Origin: Coniocarpon cinnabarinum
Taxonomy: Eukaryota
NCBI GenBank assembly: GCA_051942205.1
Contig: JAVECO010000008.1
Location: 124,001-188,000 of the forward strand
Direction: 5' to 3'
Length of the DNA stretch: 64,000 nucleotides
This document shows positions 25,001 to 39,347 of the stretch, in pieces. Below the pieces are notes generated by a model. It saw nothing but the letters and a program-made list of their open reading frames with translations. It made no database searches and had not been told where the DNA came from. A program made the position numbers and the translations under genes. Within the stretch, counting starts at the first letter, position 1. Every line of letters begins with the position of its first letter.

Positions 25001-28000
25001 GAAGAATTTTTCTCGGGATATGTCAAGTGGGTGCTTGGGGCTGCTTCGACGAGTTCAATCGATTAGAAGAGCGTATATTATCGGCGGTTTCTCAACAAGT
25101 TCAGAATATTCAGCTGGGTCTCAAAGAGTCTTCTGATACTCAAAGCGCCGGAATAGAGCTCATCGGCAGACAGCTTAAACTGAACTCAAGGACTGGTATA
25201 TTCATCACGATGAACCCTGGGTATGCGGGACGATCGAACTTGCCAGACAATTTGAAGAAACTCTTCCGCAGTGTAGCGATGTCCAAGCCCGACAAGGAAC
25301 TCATTGCTGAAGTCACACTTTATTCGCAAGGGTTCAACACAGCCAAAAACATTTCGCGACAGATTGTACCCTTCTTCGAACACTGTCACTCACGAATGAC
25401 AAACCAAGCCCACTATGACTTTGGTCTCCGGGCATTGAAGAGCGTTTTGATAAGTTCTGGCGGACTGAAGAGGTCACAGCGGACAAGCCAGCTCGATGAA
25501 CCTGAAGACGTATCCGTCTCTGAACCCAAAATTGTTGTTCAAAGCCTTCGCGAAACGATCGGGCCTAAACTGATCAAGCAGGACGTCGAGGTTATGCAAG
25601 AGATAGAAGAGTTAGTGTTCCCAGGAGTACCATATGTTCCAGCACCTTTAGACAATCTCAGAGCCGCTCTGAAGAAGGTTGGGGAAGAAAGGCACCTTGT
25701 GGTCAATGAAGCTTGGATGACCAAAGCTGTGCAATTATATCAAATCCAGCATCTTCACCATGGGTTGATGATGGTGGGCAGCTCGGGAGCCGGCAAATCT
25801 GCGACGTGGTCAGCTCTGTTGTCAGCCTTGCAGGAAATCGAAGGCGTAGAGGGCGTGTCGTACGTCATTGATCCGAAGGTGATGTCCAAAGAAGCTCTAT
25901 ACGGGAGCCTGGATCCCACAACGCGTGAATGGTCTGATGGACTCTTCACTGGCATTCTGAGAAAGATAATCGATAATCTCCGTGGTGAGGGCTCAAGAAG
26001 ACACTGGATCATATTTGACGGCGATGTTGACCCGGAATGGGTTGAGAATCTGAACAGCGTGCTTGACGATAATAAGTTGTTGACGTTGCCGAATGGAGAA
26101 CGGCTGGTGCTGCCGCCTAATGTGCGCATCCTGTTCGAAGTCGAAACTCTCAGGTACGCAACTCTGGCAACAGTGAGTCGATGCGGGATGGTCTGGTTCA
26201 ATGAAGAGAATGTCAGCACTGATATGATGTTTTCGCACTACCTCAGCAATTTGAAGACAGCGCCATTCGAAGAAATCGATGATGACTCTGCTTCGACGTC
26301 ACAATCATCGTCGAAGATGCTCGACACTCAAGCCCGAGTGGCGCGACTCTTCCAAAATCAGCTTCAAGACAATCGAATGCTTCATGAAGCCTTGGCTGCG
26401 GCCAATTCTAAGGAGGGTCATATCATGACATTCACAAACACGAGAGCACTGGGCACACTTTTCTCACTTCTCAATCAAGTTTGTAAGGCGCTTTTAAGGT
26501 ACAATGCCGGTCACACAGACTTCCCGTTGCAGGACGATCAAGTGGAAGCTTATGTTTCGAAGCGGATCTTGATAGCCTTGGTGTGGTCCTTTGCCGGTGA
26601 CTGTCCACTTGATACACGTCACGCTTTCAGCGCACAGATTGCAAGCTTGACCAACGTTGACCTGCCGGATCTCAGTGGTCACGCTTCTTTGATCGACTTT
26701 CAAGTAACGTTGCCGGAATCAACTTGGGTATCCTGGCAGACACACGTGCCAAGTGTTGAAGTCAACACTCATTCGATAACACAAACTGACGCTGTTATCC
26801 CGACGATTGACACGGTGCGTCATGAGGATGTTCTTTATTCATGGCTTGAGGAGCATAAGCCACTCATACTTTGCGGTCCACCCGGAGCCGGCAAAACGAT
26901 GACGCTATTCAGTGCTCTTCGCAAGCTGCCGGACATGGAAGTGGTTGGGCTAAATTTCTCAAGTGCCACAACACCAGATCTGATTATGAAGTCCTTTGAG
27001 CAGCACTGCGAATATCGTAAGACTTTAAATGGAACAGTTCTGAGCCCAACCCAAATTGGTAGATGGCTTGTGATCTTTTGCGACGAGGTCAATCTGCCAG
27101 CGACTGATAAGTACGGGACACAACGCGTCATTGCGTTCATGCGCCAGCTCATTGAGAGTCACGGCTTCTGGAGGACGTCTGACCGAGCCTGGGTGTCTTT
27201 GGAAAGGATCCAATTTGTTGGGGCGTGTAACCCTCCTACAGACGCTGGTAGAGTGCCTTTAGGTCTTCGTTTCCTACGGCATGCTCCGCTTGTGATGGTG
27301 GACTACCCAGGCCAGCTCTCTCTTTCACAGATCTACGGTACATTCAACAGTGCTGTCATGAAGATCCTGCCCGCCCTTCGTGGATATTCGCAGCCGCTTA
27401 CAGAGGCTATGGTGCAGCTTTATGCGGAATCGCAAGCACGTTTCACGACGAAGATACAGCCTCATTACATATATTCCCCGAGAGAGCTTACAAGATGGGT
27501 ACGTGGTATCTACGAAGCAATAAAGCCTCTTGAGACGCTCAGTCTGGAGGGCTTGGTCCGTATCTGGGCTCATGAAGCACTTCGTCTCTTCCAAGACCGT
27601 TTAGTTGCTGAGTCTGAGCGGAAATGGACGCATGACGCCATCGAGCGAATCGCGTTCGATAATTTCCCAACCATTGACAGAGACAAAGCGCTTGCGGGCC
27701 CAATTTTGTTTTCAAACTGGCTATCTAGAAATTACATCCCCGTGGATCGAGACGAGCTGCGTGACTTTGTCAAAGCCAGACTTCGAACGTTCTGCGAGGA
27801 AGAGATCGATGTTCCGCTAGTGTTGAACGATGATGCTTTGGATCATATTTTGCGAATCGATCGTGTTTTCCGGCAACCCCAGGGTCATGTTATTCTGATT
27901 GGCGTGAGCGGAAGTGGCAAGACTACTCTGTCTCGCTTTGTGGCTTGGATGAATGGACTGAAGACGTACCAAATCAAGGTACACGGCAAATATTCGAGCC

Positions 28001-31000
28001 AAGACTTTGACGACGACTTGCGTGACGTACTCCGACGGTGTGGCTGCAAAGGTGAGAAGATTTGCTTCATCATGGACGAATCAAATGTCCTGGATTCGGC
28101 TTTCCTCGAACGAATGAATACATTGCTTGCTAATGCTGAAGTTCCTGGATTGTTCGAGGGTGACGAGTACGCCTCGCTCATTACGGCTTGTAAGGAGGGT
28201 GCGCAGCGACAAGGTCTTATCTTGGATTCCGCTGACGAGCTGTACAAATGGTTCACACAACAGATTGTGAAGAATTTGCACGTTGTTTTTACTATGAACC
28301 CGCCCGAGGAGGGACTTGGGGGCAAAGCTGCAACAAGTCCAGCGCTTTTCAACAGGTGTGTACTGAACTGGTTTGGCGACTGGACGGATCAGACCTTGTA
28401 TCAGGTTGGGGCGGAGCTCACGCAGTCTCTTGATCTTGATCGTGCTAACTACAGCGCGCCTGACACCCTTGAACGAGCCTATCGCGAGCTGTCCATGCCT
28501 CCCACACATCGTGACGCAGTGGTCAACGCTATGGTGTACTTCCACAACTCTCTACACGGATTCAATCGTCGCTTGCAAAAGCAACAAAACAGGATCACAT
28601 TCTTGACACCTCGACATTTCTTAGACTTCGTGTCACAATACACAAAGCTGTTTACTGAGAAACGCGAAGACTTGGAAGAGCAACAACGGCACTTGAACGT
28701 GGGTCTGGAAAAGCTCAAAGACACCGTAGAGAAGGTCCGCGACTTACGCCAAAGTCTAGCTGGCAAGAAGAGCCAACTGGAAGCCAAGGACGCAGAAGCG
28801 AATGAGAGCCTGGCGAAGATGATCAATGACCAGAAGCAGGCCGAACAACGACGAGCAGCTTCACTTGAGATCCAGGGTGCCCTTGAAAAGCAGGAGCAAG
28901 AAGTTGCTGAGCGTAGAGAGATTGTCCTCGGCGACCTCGAAAAGGCAGAACCAGCCGTTCTAGAAGCACAAAAGAGCGTCCAGAACATCAAGAAGCAGCA
29001 ACTTACCGAAGTGCGATCCATGTCAAGTCCACCTGCTGGCGTCAAATTAGCTTTGGAAGCGGTCTGTACCCTGCTTGGTCATCGTGTGGACAATTGGAAG
29101 GCCATCCAAGCCATTGTTCGCCGTGATGATTTCATAGCCAGCATTGTGAATTACGATAATGAAAAGCAGATGACAGCGACGCACCGGAACAAGATGCGTA
29201 ATGACTATCTGCGCCTGGATGACTTCACCTTTGAAAAGGTCAATCGCGCTAGCAAAGCATGTGGTCCACTTGTACAATGGGTTTCTGCGCAAGTGAACTA
29301 CTCAGATATCCTTGACAGGGTTGGCCCGCTCCGTGAAGAGGTCGGACAGCTAGAAGAGGCAGCGCTCCAGACCAAAGCCGAGGCTCAGGCAATTGAAAAC
29401 AACATCAAAGAGCTCGAAGACAGTATTGCTCTTTACAAGTCTGAGTACGCGTCTCTAATCAGTGAGACCCAAGCCATCAAAAGCGAAATGTCGCGCGTGG
29501 AGCAGAAGGTAGAACGGAGTTTACACTTGCTTGACAGCCTCTCCTCGGAACGAAAACGGTGGGAGCAAGGCAGCAAGTCTTTCGAAGATCAAATCGATAC
29601 CATTGTGGGTGACGTTCTTGTTGCTGCAGCCTTCATAGCTTACAGCGGTTTCTACGACCAACAATACCGTAAGCTCATATTAGAGGACTGGAGCCACCAT
29701 CTTTCGCTTGCAGGCATACGCTTCAAAGCCACAAATCCTGTAGCTGAGTACCTCTCAACGGCAGACGAACGTTTGCAATGGCAAGAGAATTCACTTCCGG
29801 CGGATGATCTATGCACTGAGAACGCAATCATCCTGAAGCGATTCAATCGCTATCCTTTGATCATTGACCCGTCCGGTCGTATCGTTGAGTTCCTACAGCG
29901 TGAACACAAGGAAAGGAAGTTAACAGTGACTAGCTTCCTCGATGACAATTTCACGAAACAAGTCGAGAGTTCACTGCGCTTTGGCAATCCCATCTTAATT
30001 CAAGATGCGGAGTACATGGATCCTATCCTCAATCACGTCTTGAACAAAGAATACCAGAAGACTGGAGGTCGTGTGCTCATTCAACTTGGCAAGCAAGAGA
30101 TTGACTTTTCCCCCGCGTTTCGTCTGTATCTGTCCACTCGGAATCCATCCGCAACTTTTGCGCCGGACATATGCAGTCGAACTACGTTTGCCAACTTCAC
30201 AGTGACACAGAGCAGTCTTCAAGCCCAGTCCCTTAACGAGGTGCTGAAGTCCGAGCGGCCCGATGTCGATGAAAGAAGATCAAATCTGATTAAGATGCAG
30301 GGTGAGTTCAAGATACATCTCCGCAGATTAGAACGTCGCCTGCTCCAAGCCCTGAACGAGTCGCAAGGGAACATACTCGACGATGACAAAGTAGTCGAAA
30401 CGCTGGAGACCGTCAAGAAAGAGGTCGGAGAGATCACTGAGAAAGTCAACCAGACGGACGGCGTCATGGCTGAAGTAGATCAGATCACGTCTGAGTACAA
30501 AGTCATTGCGCAGTCCTGTTCAGCGATATTTGCTGTGCTGGAGCAGCTTCGTCACATCAGCCACTTTTATCAATTTTCATTGCAGTACTTCATCGACATC
30601 TTCGACGGTGTGCTTCACACGGCCAAGACTTTCGGTGACAAGCGCGACTACAAAGGCCGTGTCAGCGCAATAATCAAGGAGCTGTTCACGTCAACGTTTC
30701 AACGGACTTCAGCGACCATTTTACAGAAAGATCGCATGACCTTTGCCTTGCTCCTCGCCCAAGCGGCACCCTTTGATGTGGACCGCAGTTTGTTTGACTT
30801 GCTACTCGACGAAGACCTACCCTTCGTTGATGCAACTTCAATGCCAGACGTCGACGGTCCCAGCATCATCCAAAAAGCGGTGTCACATCCGAGGCTTGCA
30901 AAACGCTTTCATGGAAGAGATCATTCACTCCTTACGACACTTCTCACGAATGAGTATGCGGAAGCACATCTCCCGGAGTTGGCCTCCTCCGAGCATCACA

Positions 31001-32175
31001 GCGAATATGATGTCCTCTTGCAAGACGCCTGCCTGATCAAGCAAACACGTGCGGACCGCCTGGTTCCAGCTGCAGAGCGTCTTGTGCTTGCGATGTTTGG
31101 CACGTCGCTATTTGATCGAAATAATGATCTTCTTGAGTTGATCGTGCAAGCCGGTTCAAAGATTCCTATATGTCTATGCTGCTCTCCAGGCTTTGACGCG
31201 TCTTTCAAGGTTGAAGCTGCAGTAACGTCACGACAAGTCAAATGCTCATACATTGCTATGGGATCGTCAGAAGGCGTCAGTTCCGCCGACAAATCCATCG
31301 CTGAAGCAGCAGCGACAGGCTCCTGGGTTTTCGTTAAGAATGTGCATCTAGCCCTGGCATGGCTTCAAGGAGTCGAGAAGCGGCTTGATAGTCTCAAGCC
31401 GCATTCGGACTTCCGCTTATTTTTGTCCATGGAGACCACGCCCAAGATTCCTGTGAACCTGCTTCGCATCTCGCGCGTACTGATGTGTGAGCAGCCTGCA
31501 GGAATTCGAGCCAATATGCGTGATTCGCTCTCTGCGTCCGCGTCGAGAGCAAAACAGCACCCCGTTGAGCGAAGCCGTCTCTACCTTCTACTCTCCATTT
31601 TGCACAGCATCATTCAAGAGCGCCTTCGATACGCTCCTACCCTGGGCTGGAAAGCAAGTTGGGAATTCAATGACGCGGATTTTGATTGCGCAGCCTACAT
31701 CATCGATACCTGGACTGATAAGGTAGCCGGCAGTCGTGCAAATGTCGCACCCACAAGCCTACCGTGGAGCATGATGCAAGCCTTGTTCATTATTACGTAT
31801 GGTGGCAAGATTGATGACGAAGGCGACTACACGAATCTCAAGAGCCTTGTGAACAGGCTCATTGTCGTGCAATCCTTCGAAGAAAAGTTCAATGTGGTTG
31901 ACGCTGTTGCTTCAGGAGACACGGTCTCCGCTGCGAGGACCCTCGAGCTGCCTGGAGGTGCCAGTTGGAACGAAATGGAGCAATGGGTGAACGAGCTACC
32001 AGAGCGCGAGCCGCCAAGCTATCTAGGATTGCCAGAAAACGCAGAGAAGCTATTACTTGTAGAACACGGGAAGGAAATGGTCAGCAACTTGGGAAGAGTG
32101 ATGCAAGTCCTGGACGAAAGCGAGCAGCTTGCCGAGGACAACCTACATCATCGAACCCAGGGCTCGGCCACATAA
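19048..32175 (+). CDS. DYN1: Cytoplasmic dynein heavy chain (nudA/ro-1/DYN1)
   Basis: About 4370-aa ORF with four P-loops ([32 protein letters not shown]), [10 protein letters not shown] and a stalk coiled coil. Likely ATG at 19048, with a probable in-frame intron at 19334-19393. Confidence 0.98.
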   Translation: MDVETSPKINGYHTPQTAPENIINHDEILQYLTSLLRLTLGATQHDLESERSLLSHERKAETVERCNTFLQSNRIALYAAKRAIAEQENGDTAAEGKFKQATQSPSMSDERALAAEPLQHFYYFLSGEFPVLAGTVASVAILKRPQPINLALPLQSQLQIVNLPGISDTSSESQNANQTTLPFEHLHSVVHSALSPYFDAFSRSREEIGSNTRVRAEHDQRTGVPSAKKKLAEFELSLLQLQQNAEIPQLSLPLHPAIRAALDSAGEHHDALSTDLIPRNLLNDSSFLNHLQNMVNGWTRSIQAVTRTNRNVSSGTASQEIKFWLDLEAALADVESQVSSEGVKLTLEVLNNAKRFAPTKSFNTDTGLKEATEQVQNNNKLMRDFPIDELLAAPSLEKVRDAVDIIFSHLNRKLRICPYPVKRALGLVEAVSMDLDARIHALMSGRALMRMSYRDFEKTMIMTTTIWQTWDDNVKEFTNVARELTRRRNERYIPIKFNMAHTQTKDRLRYVTTFRTSHEQLHLTIQNVLSPQGLHLGEDDSKAGFFEEMGDVDAIKEVSEAYAALRDVDVMDVSEEGTMVWDRAETAYNERTARVENSIIARLRDRLATAKNANEMFRVFSKFNALFVRPKIRGAISEYQTQLINNVKADISALHERFKQQYGHSQAHSMAQLHDVPPVSGSIMWARQIERQLDGYMKRVENVLGSQWHIHSEGQRLQSESADFRKKLDVMPVYQSWMQDVTKRNITISGRLFSISRTRASGNALELSVNFDSQIITLFKETRNLLWLKFTIPHAINNISKDARRVYPYAVSLIESVRTLAQVVSSIDGIPKSAVLLHGYRDSVHKLVAKGLPLKWESFVHAYDLHIRPVSPLQGVDGARSESLHVQFVRDFSQSVSVLQAKTSTLLVINELVQKSISNLKDCQYRANLLQEEINAIQAAVDRLSLEGFSNLSQWVEKTNDLISDILLERLEQALRTWMDTFQNPDHSRTGQDAAHRTGVSGAESPVLPKFDILIHEVSMQNSLIYLDPPLDFARSSWLVQLNEWIGVICDLPLLQASRYELNVREKSFDRRTASFSRLLSHCTGKLSSAYVLIEGQLSVVSEYVNKWLQFQSLWDLQSDQVYEALGDDLHQWLQILSEIRQSRSVFDTSEPKRQFGHLVIDYEQVQVKINAKYDLWQNDVLSKFASKLGGRMNEVFSELERCRQELEHSSLETSSTAQAVSFITSVQNAKRRVHAWQPEIENFRQGQTALTRQRFQLPSDWLYMERIDGEWLALNEILERKSRVVQDQTDALRAKISAEDKVIVQRITDITSQWNEERPISGTIVAEQALSVLADFRSRVSKLNNDYEMVSKAKEALDIPPTSDPGLSSLLEEVQDLEAVWGGLATIYSGLNDLRDMPWSGVQPRKLRQSLENLMNMSKEMPARMRQYAPFEHLQNRIRQLQKTSGLLGELRSDAVRERHWNKIYKALKPSKRYSQVSMTLGDVWDLQLAQNEAYIRDVLVQAQGEMALEEFLKQVRETWSNYSLDLVNYQNKCRLIRGWDELFTKCSENLNSLQAMRHSPYYKEFEEDASAWEDKLNRVFVIFDVWIDVQRQWIYLEGVFTGNADIKHLLPTESSRFQNINSEFFAVMKKVQRSPFVMEVLAISGVQKSLERLADLLQKIQKALGEYLERERVSFPRFYFVGDEDLLEIIGNGNDTVRVGRHLAKMFAGISGLVTSEDSSIIAFRSKEGEEVQLRERVSLAKTPKVNEWLAALESGMRNTLSENLAEAVTEFERVMATETGAESINSYLSRFPAQVAVLGGQVWWTNAVDTALRNGGQNLRELHTQHVSFLEQLADLVIGDLDVLSRKKCEHLITEFVFQRDAIEELMHHNVNSPDHYLWLLRLRYVFNPVESPMHPLQIHMANAVLPYGFEYLGVPERLVRTPLTERCFLTMTQALSQKLGGSPYGPAGTGKTETVKALGLQLGRFTLVFCCDDTFDFQAMGRIFLGICQVGAWGCFDEFNRLEERILSAVSQQVQNIQLGLKESSDTQSAGIELIGRQLKLNSRTGIFITMNPGYAGRSNLPDNLKKLFRSVAMSKPDKELIAEVTLYSQGFNTAKNISRQIVPFFEHCHSRMTNQAHYDFGLRALKSVLISSGGLKRSQRTSQLDEPEDVSVSEPKIVVQSLRETIGPKLIKQDVEVMQEIEELVFPGVPYVPAPLDNLRAALKKVGEERHLVVNEAWMTKAVQLYQIQHLHHGLMMVGSSGAGKSATWSALLSALQEIEGVEGVSYVIDPKVMSKEALYGSLDPTTREWSDGLFTGILRKIIDNLRGEGSRRHWIIFDGDVDPEWVENLNSVLDDNKLLTLPNGERLVLPPNVRILFEVETLRYATLATVSRCGMVWFNEENVSTDMMFSHYLSNLKTAPFEEIDDDSASTSQSSSKMLDTQARVARLFQNQLQDNRMLHEALAAANSKEGHIMTFTNTRALGTLFSLLNQVCKALLRYNAGHTDFPLQDDQVEAYVSKRILIALVWSFAGDCPLDTRHAFSAQIASLTNVDLPDLSGHASLIDFQVTLPESTWVSWQTHVPSVEVNTHSITQTDAVIPTIDTVRHEDVLYSWLEEHKPLILCGPPGAGKTMTLFSALRKLPDMEVVGLNFSSATTPDLIMKSFEQHCEYRKTLNGTVLSPTQIGRWLVIFCDEVNLPATDKYGTQRVIAFMRQLIESHGFWRTSDRAWVSLERIQFVGACNPPTDAGRVPLGLRFLRHAPLVMVDYPGQLSLSQIYGTFNSAVMKILPALRGYSQPLTEAMVQLYAESQARFTTKIQPHYIYSPRELTRWVRGIYEAIKPLETLSLEGLVRIWAHEALRLFQDRLVAESERKWTHDAIERIAFDNFPTIDRDKALAGPILFSNWLSRNYIPVDRDELRDFVKARLRTFCEEEIDVPLVLNDDALDHILRIDRVFRQPQGHVILIGVSGSGKTTLSRFVAWMNGLKTYQIKVHGKYSSQDFDDDLRDVLRRCGCKGEKICFIMDESNVLDSAFLERMNTLLANAEVPGLFEGDEYASLITACKEGAQRQGLILDSADELYKWFTQQIVKNLHVVFTMNPPEEGLGGKAATSPALFNRCVLNWFGDWTDQTLYQVGAELTQSLDLDRANYSAPDTLERAYRELSMPPTHRDAVVNAMVYFHNSLHGFNRRLQKQQNRITFLTPRHFLDFVSQYTKLFTEKREDLEEQQRHLNVGLEKLKDTVEKVRDLRQSLAGKKSQLEAKDAEANESLAKMINDQKQAEQRRAASLEIQGALEKQEQEVAERREIVLGDLEKAEPAVLEAQKSVQNIKKQQLTEVRSMSSPPAGVKLALEAVCTLLGHRVDNWKAIQAIVRRDDFIASIVNYDNEKQMTATHRNKMRNDYLRLDDFTFEKVNRASKACGPLVQWVSAQVNYSDILDRVGPLREEVGQLEEAALQTKAEAQAIENNIKELEDSIALYKSEYASLISETQAIKSEMSRVEQKVERSLHLLDSLSSERKRWEQGSKSFEDQIDTIVGDVLVAAAFIAYSGFYDQQYRKLILEDWSHHLSLAGIRFKATNPVAEYLSTADERLQWQENSLPADDLCTENAIILKRFNRYPLIIDPSGRIVEFLQREHKERKLTVTSFLDDNFTKQVESSLRFGNPILIQDAEYMDPILNHVLNKEYQKTGGRVLIQLGKQEIDFSPAFRLYLSTRNPSATFAPDICSRTTFANFTVTQSSLQAQSLNEVLKSERPDVDERRSNLIKMQGEFKIHLRRLERRLLQALNESQGNILDDDKVVETLETVKKEVGEITEKVNQTDGVMAEVDQITSEYKVIAQSCSAIFAVLEQLRHISHFYQFSLQYFIDIFDGVLHTAKTFGDKRDYKGRVSAIIKELFTSTFQRTSATILQKDRMTFALLLAQAAPFDVDRSLFDLLLDEDLPFVDATSMPDVDGPSIIQKAVSHPRLAKRFHGRDHSLLTTLLTNEYAEAHLPELASSEHHSEYDVLLQDACLIKQTRADRLVPAAERLVLAMFGTSLFDRNNDLLELIVQAGSKIPICLCCSPGFDASFKVEAAVTSRQVKCSYIAMGSSEGVSSADKSIAEAAATGSWVFVKNVHLALAWLQGVEKRLDSLKPHSDFRLFLSMETTPKIPVNLLRISRVLMCEQPAGIRANMRDSLSASASRAKQHPVERSRLYLLLSILHSIIQERLRYAPTLGWKASWEFNDADFDCAAYIIDTWTDKVAGSRANVAPTSLPWSMMQALFIITYGGKIDDEGDYTNLKSLVNRLIVVQSFEEKFNVVDAVASGDTVSAARTLELPGGASWNEMEQWVNELPEREPPSYLGLPENAEKLLLVEHGKEMVSNLGRVMQVLDESEQLAEDNLHHRTQGSAT

Positions 32176-32500
32176 CATGAGGACAGCATGACCGCATGAC
32201 GTGGGAAGTCTATTTCATTTGTCAATCATGAGCACTTACAATGGCGAGGCCATGGTGTACCTTTACGAGGCTGTGATTTCTGACGGAGTTGTGGTGATCT
32301 GGGAAGGCTGGCTGATAGATTGCACAATACCCCCTAGCGTTAACGATGTACATAATAGCATAGCGAGATAATCGAGCATGTCCATGAAGACCCTTGTTCC
32401 AATGCTGGTTAGCTTTGCATTGTCCGATCCGTGAATAAGATATTCTATTCCCTGGGAATGATTGAATGGGTGTCAGACCGTGGGGCTACGGAGCCAACAT

Positions 32501-32541
32501 GTGACGTCACGTGTTTCTGTTGCGACGCGTTTAAGACGCGT
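32501..32541. promoter_or_regulatory. CRE palindrome, overlapping E-box and two MCB (ACGCGT) boxes
   Basis: GTGACGTCAC 32501-32510, CACGTG 32508-32513, ACGCGT at 32525 and 32536; all 80-120 nt upstream of the ATG at 32622. Confidence 0.55.
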
Positions 32542-32621
32542 TCTTGATTGCAACTCATCCGCCACAGGGCCATGCTTGCTGCAGATCATTGCAATAAACT
32601 GGCAACGATGGCCTAGCAGGA

Positions 32622-34411
32622 ATGGCGCCAGTCATCAATGACTCCGATGATGACGAGGAGCAAGAGGATCTCGAGAGTCTCGAAAGGGAAGATGCAACCA
32701 ACAGGAACGGCCATGAGAACGAGCAGGCTACCGCGCCTGGTACACCTCACAATCAGCAATCTCAAAGCACCGGCTCAACAGGTCTGTGTGATGGGATCGT
32801 CTTACTGGGATTGCGTTATAGGATCCTAACTAGTCTGCAGACAGAATGCTCAAGCAAGCCCATGCGCTCATGATGCAGTCTATCACGCCTAACCATGAAC
32901 GCCTTCACGAGGCGGCGCATCCATCCAGAAGTCCTCAGCCTTCCTCATCTAATAACCTCAAGCGATCGAGAAGCGCTGCTGTAGATTCCGAGGACGGCAG
33001 CGTGGGAAAGAGACAGAAACAAGGCCAAACCAGGCGAGACGATTGGGACGTCCCCCTCACCAGCAGTCCCCCGAAGTCTACCTCTTCGAATAGAGCACGC
33101 AGACAACAAAGCTCCGGTCAGGATCCAATGGTCATCGTCATGGACCCTGGCAGCACTATAATGGACAACACGTCTAGTGATGAGCGACGAGAAAGGGAAC
33201 TGTTGGGATTCCCGGATCCAAATGATTCAATCGTCTCTCTCGAAGCTCAAGATGACGATGGGGAAGTTCGAAATTTGCACCAAATAGGAGTCAATACAAG
33301 TGAAAGGCCCACCTCACCATCTTCATCAAAAAGAGATCATGTGGCTGAGTCTCCCGGGCCAGGGAGAGTTTCCAAGTCGAAGTCTCACAAGGAGAATAAG
33401 AAGAGCAAGCGTCCAAATTCGGATCAGGCGCAAATTCTTGAGGAACCTGATGAGCTTGCAATTGGACTTCCTGAAGAGCGTTACAACCCACGGCCCTCAC
33501 GCTCGCGCTCCTATCAGCCGTCAGACAACAGTCCGGCGGAGCGTCCACAAGCTTCTGCGGATGATTCCAACCTCCGCAAAAAGAGGCGAAGAACAACAGC
33601 TCCAGTCGATGATAGAGACACTGGCCAATTGCAAGGCCTGGGTTTCTCGCACTCTCAGGCTGTCCGAGCTCTTCAGGAAACCGATGGCAATGTAGAGCTT
33701 GCCGCCGACTCCCTCTTCCGAGAAAATGCTAAAAGCGGGGAGGAAAATACTCTCCGTGGACATCGTCCAAAAACAAACGAGACAATAGTGCCAACACAAC
33801 CTTCCAGGCGCTCGAGGAAGAACGTTGTGTTTGATGAAGAGGATGAAGAGGCCCAGCTGGCAGATGATGGGGAGGTCAAAACGCAAGAAGCGCAAGACGA
33901 TACCAGCAACCAAGCTGAGCAATCAGCGGATACAGAGCGAGCCTCGGCGTGTAAGACAGACAAAGCCATAGCAAATGGTGAAACTAACACGAGCAGAGAC
34001 GGGCGCAACACAAAGCGGAGACGTGGCCGGCCTAAGAAATCGGAGACGCTTGAAGCTGCAGGCGGTAATGCATCGCCTTCAAGAACGGAGGACAAACCCG
34101 AAAAGAAAGCACCAAATGCAACAGAGCGCGTGGACAACCCACAACCGCATAGGCAGGAACGTGAAAACGAAGATGCAGCGAACGCAACATCCGAGGTTGC
34201 ATCAAGGGACGCAGGAGATTGCACTCCCGACGCTGATGGGCCGTCAGACAGCACCAGGAAGATCTCAGAACCGACAAGGACGTCAGCAAGTCCAGCAAGG
34301 ACTTCGCTGGTGAAAGCGGGATCCGTGCCATTGAGAGTTGGATTGAGCCGACGCATGAAGATCCCATCGTTGTTGCAGAGCGCGCGCCGAAATCAATGCA
34401 ATGGTTTATGA
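32622..34411 (+). CDS. Disordered nuclear protein with a UBA-like domain and an AT-hook
   Basis: Intron 32782-32840 joins the two ORFs in frame. UBA-like QLQGLGFSHSQAVRALQETDGNVELAADSLF, AT-hook KRRRGRPKK, and conserved-looking motifs GLPEERYNPRPSRSRS and LRVGLSRRMKIPSLL. Confidence 0.8.
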
Positions 34412-35221
34412 GCCGGGAAAGGAAATGAACATCGTCCATTCAATCGCTGTAAAGTATAGAGATGATGTATATTCGGAAGAGGACTACGACAATGTTTGAC
34501 GTGTATGAGTAACGACATACTAATGCCACGACGGAGACTCGGCGAACAGGCGGTAACGCTAGATACTCGAAATGACTGAGATATGCACGCTCGAAGGAGA
34601 CGTCAGGTGATGATTGGTGTCAACATGGAGGCGGCTCACACTAGTGAGAGAGTAAGGAGATCCACCTAAAGTCATGTCATGCTCGCTGCTTTCTCTGACC
34701 TCGTGTCGCTCCAATGTCGGCGTTGACGTTCACCACCCAAGCCTTCACTACCTACTCTTATAGTCTAGATTGGTACCCGCACCACCCGCACTGTGAATAC
34801 GCTCTCGAGCAGCCTTGGGGCCGTTTCTCTTCACTTCAAATCTCTGAACTTTAATCATCGAATCCGGACCGGACGCCGAGGGCCACGTCGCCGGTCGAGG
34901 ATCGCACAATGTCTTGCGCTGTCGTTTGTCGATGGCTTCTTTGGTCCATCTCATCAGGCTCTTGCCGTAGCCGGTTGCTCTGACGTTGGGCGCCATTCTT
35001 CGACTTCCAGTGTTGCGCGTGCTCTGACCTGACCAACCAAATCGCGGCAGGCGACCCCGTGTCAGGTAATTCTGTGGCATTCCGGTCTTGTCCAACTTTG
35101 CAACATGGTGTGAACACCGGGTAGAAGCGCCTTGCGCTGTTGCTGTGATTTCGGTGAGGGTACAGGACCCTTTGTACTGTCCCTAAACTCCCGCAGTAAC
35201 GAGAGGCTTGAACCCCAAGTC

Positions 35222-38200
35222 ATGAAATTCGGCAGCAATCTCCCTCGGCTGCAAGTACCTGAATGGAGCTCTGACTACATCGACTACAAAACCCTCAAGA
35301 AGCTCATCAAGTCAGCTTCGGTGGAACAAAGACATGGACAGGAGCCTGATTTGGCGGGTAGGTCGAGCCACGCCGCGTACTCTACGATAGCGGAATGAGC
35401 GGCTAATCTATGCGAAAAGGATTTTTCTATTCACTCGATCGCAATCTAGAGACCGTCGATAATTTCTACAACAAGAAATATGCTGAGGTGGAGCGGCGCG
35501 TGAAATTGTTGCGTGACCGCTACGACGACGCAGATGCTATCCGGCAGGTGACTGGCAAAGAGGAGATTGAGGATGCTGTGGGTATCGTTCTTGAGCTTCG
35601 AGGTCAGCTACGGAAACTGCAGTGGTTTGGTGAGGTCAACCGAAGAGGCTTCGTCAAGATCTTGAAAAAGAAGGACAAGAAGTTACCGACGCCTCCGGCA
35701 CAAGAGCGATATCTTCTGGCGCGTGTCGATCCACGTCCCTTTGCGACTAATATCTTAGTCATTGATGATCTGAATACTATCGGTTCTCTGCTTGTGAGCC
35801 TCGGCGAACTTACACCAAGCGATTACGGAAGCGACGTGAGTTCGAGCGGTTTACTCTCCCGAACTTCTACTAAGAGTGGCCTCCATCTGCCTCGCGAGCT
35901 TTTGGAAGAGCTACAGAGTGCCATCAACCAAGACGATGCTAATACGCTGAGCCACATTATGCTAGAATCAAAGGAGGCTTCGATTCTAGAACAGCCATCA
36001 TCGCAAAAACTTTTGCACCAGCTATTGCAGAGATGCATATCCTGCAACAGCCAGTCATGTATCACAGTGCTTCTGAGCAGGCTGCCGACATTGGACGAGG
36101 ATGACGATATCAGTAGGCGGAATTGCCTGCATCGCCTGGTGCTCGCGACTGCAAGAGCCGCGCCATTTTATTCATCTCTGGGTTGGAAACCTGCTTCTTC
36201 AGATGACGGTGAGCATGCTATCGGCAATTGTCAAACCGCCGAAATACTGAGTGATCAGCGGTCAACACTTGAAATGAAGCAAAGTGTTGAAAGCTCGCTC
36301 GAAGCCGGAACTTCCAAGTCAAGTGAATTACTGCAGTGCCTACTACATAATTTGATGGTGACTCAGCGAGCGGCGCTCAATGCAAGAGATGCCTATGGCC
36401 GCATGCCATTACACTATGCCGCGCAGCATGGCCTCACCAAGTTTTGTAAAATCCTCATCGATTACATGAAGGCTTGGAGCTTGTATGATGCTTCGGCATA
36501 CCTAGATTCTGATGGGTGGCAGGACGAAGAAGGTCACAGTCCCGTTCATCTCAGTGTTCGCGAAGGTCATGTTGGCACTACAAAATACTTGCTGGATGCC
36601 AGTCAAGAATGTTGCAATGCAGATCCGCTACGTCAAAAGCCACTTCGTCTGATCGGCAGGCCTCATGCACTGCTCACCATCGCTGCCAAAGCCGACCACA
36701 GTTCCATCATTTCATTGCTCGTTGAAGCTGGCGCGAACGTCAACCTTCAAGATTCTGGCGGCGAGACTCCACTTCACACAGCAGCACGATTTGGCCATCT
36801 CGATAGTGCGAAAGCGCTGGTAGCGGAATCAAAGTGGGAGAGAGCTGACATTGACATCCCTGAAAACACCTTCGGATGGACACCAATAACCACGGCAAGT
36901 GTAGAAGGTCACCTCGGCGTAGTGGAAGCACTTGCGCACGTTGGAGCCAACGTCCATGTATCAGATGTGTCTGGTTGGACAGCAGCGGAGCATGCCGCTT
37001 TAAGAGGGCACCTCGACGTCGCCCGATTTCTCATGCAGTGTTTGCCGGGCCCATCACCGCCGTCACAAGATGTCCGAGACGGCAAGAAAGCGTCCAGCCC
37101 TGCTCTTAATAGTCGGAGTTCTACTCTGTCAAGTCGCGAGCGAAGCTCGTCGAGCAGCACAGAACCGATCAAGTCGTTTGGGCACCGGTACCTTAAGGAA
37201 GAAAGTCTCATTCTGGTCAGCTTAGGGTCTATGGATCCTCGAAAAAAATGTGAACCCGTGCACCTTGATAATATTCCGCCTCTGAATGCACACACATCCC
37301 AATTGGACACAGCTCTGTCGGTTGTCGTATCTGCGATAGGAGCTAAGTCGAGCGAATCGACTTTGATCGACCTTCCCGTGAACGAAAACATCAGCACAGA
37401 TCCCATAGTCTTCACAGCCAAGGACGTTAAAGACGTCAAGTTGCTATTCGACCTTGTCCCTACATATTCAGGATCTTCAGATGCGATGGTCGGTCGAGGC
37501 GTAGCTATGCTTTCAAGTATCAAAGCGAATTTGGGCTCCCGACGAATGAATCTTCAAGGGGACGTCAGCGTTCCTATCATGGCCGCAAAAACCATGGAGT
37601 ATATCGGACTAGTCAACTTCAACTTTCTTGTGATAACACCATTCGCGCATCCTAATATGTCAGTCTCTGCCGATCAGACGTACTGGAAGAGCATGGCAGG
37701 GCCTATGGTGATTGGTCACCGAGGCATGGGCAAAAACATGGCTTCACGCAAGTCCCTTCAGCTTGGCGAGAACACCTTGCAGTCATTCGTCACGGCATCA
37801 AGTCTGGGTGCGAGCTACGTTGAGTTCGATGTACAGCTCACAAAAGACCACGTTCCCATCATCTATCACGACTTTCTCGTGTCCGAGACCGGCATTGACG
37901 CGCCTGTACATACCCTCACCCTTGAGCAATTCCTTCACGTAAACGAGACCATAACACCACATGGATCGCGAGCAGCATCGCCCGACAGTGTCACTGTGGA
38001 TGGCGCGTCAAGTGCTCATTCCCACGTTCGGCCCAAGCCTAAAGAGAGATCGCGATCCATGGGAGCTACCGATGGCAAGCCGACCACAAACATGTCCGAG
38101 CGCATGAAACACACACGCGATTTCAAAATGAAAGGCTTCAAGGGCAATAGCCGCGGCAACTTCATCCAGGAACCGTTCACGACGCTCGAGGAGATGTTTC

Positions 38201-38733
38201 GCAAGCTCCCCGAACACATCGGATTCAACATCGAAATGAAGTATCCCATGCTCTTTGAATCAGAGGAGCAAGAAATGGACACGTACGCTGTTGAGTTGAA
38301 CAGCTTCGTCGACACAGTGCTAAAAATGGTCTACGATCTCGGCAGTCAGCGCAATATCATCTTCTCCAGCTTCAACCCGGATATCTGTTTGCTGCTTTCC
38401 TTCAAGCAGCCCAGCATACCGGTTCTATTCCTGACGGACGCCGGCGCAAGCACAGTGGGCGACGTCCGCGCGAGTTCGTTGCAGGAAGCGATCAGATTTG
38501 CTTCGCGCTGGAACTTGCTTGGCATCGTGTCTGCCGCTGAGCCACTGGTCACTTGCCCTCGCTTGGTCCGCGTAGTGAAGGAAAGCGGCTTGGTTTGCGT
38601 GAGCTATGGGACACTGAATAACGAGCCGGAGAACGTTAAGAGGCAGGTGGATGAGGGCATCGACGCTGTCATTGTGGACAGCGTGCTGGCCATTCGTCAG
38701 GGCTTGACTGGCGATGTCGAGGCAAGAACCTAG
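35222..38733 (+). CDS. GDE1: Glycerophosphocholine phosphodiesterase (SPX, ankyrin repeats, GDPD)
   Basis: SPX start MKFGSNL...YIDYKTLKKLIK and NRRGFVKILKKKDK. Ankyrin repeats (GRMPLHYAA, GETPLHTAA). GDPD motifs IGHRG, YVEFDVQLTKD and FNIEMKYP. Intron 35358-35419. Confidence 0.95.
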
Positions 38734-39347
38734 CAAAAGGATGGTCACTTGGAAGCGAACGGCGTCATTCAAGGGCCAGATGCAGCTGAAGGTGTTTCAA
38801 CAACTACCCAGCTGCCTAGTGTTACGATTGTATGAGTATTACGACAGTACCAATACGACCGCATGATTGCACTCACTTGCCTGTTGACTTTTCGATGAAT
38901 GTTGCCTTCCCAGGACCTAGCTCTGGCGGGCAATGGACCAGTGTGTATTTGTTGCAATGGCTTATGGCTTACCCTTGAGATTTCATACGGAGCCCGATTG
39001 TGTAAGGCTTTCTGCTGCCCAGGCAAGCCGTTTGTTTACCTACCGTGTCCCGCTGGGCAAGGCAGCCATTTGGACTTCCATAGGAATACCTGAGCCATCA
39101 CAATTTGTTCGAGCGTCTCTTGTAGAACCAGCCGGATGTCGGCTTTCTTTTACGGTCAAAGACCAACAGAATGGCTGCTCTTCAAATACGACTTTTATTT
39201 CGCGCCACGCTATGCACAGTGATACTCTAAGATCGAAGACCAATTTCACGCACCCGGCCTTCTATCGCTTAATGAGCCCCCTCAGCTGACTGAGGTCGCG
39301 ACGAGCTTTAACATGTAAGCTCATCCAAGCTCATGGCTGTAATGCAC

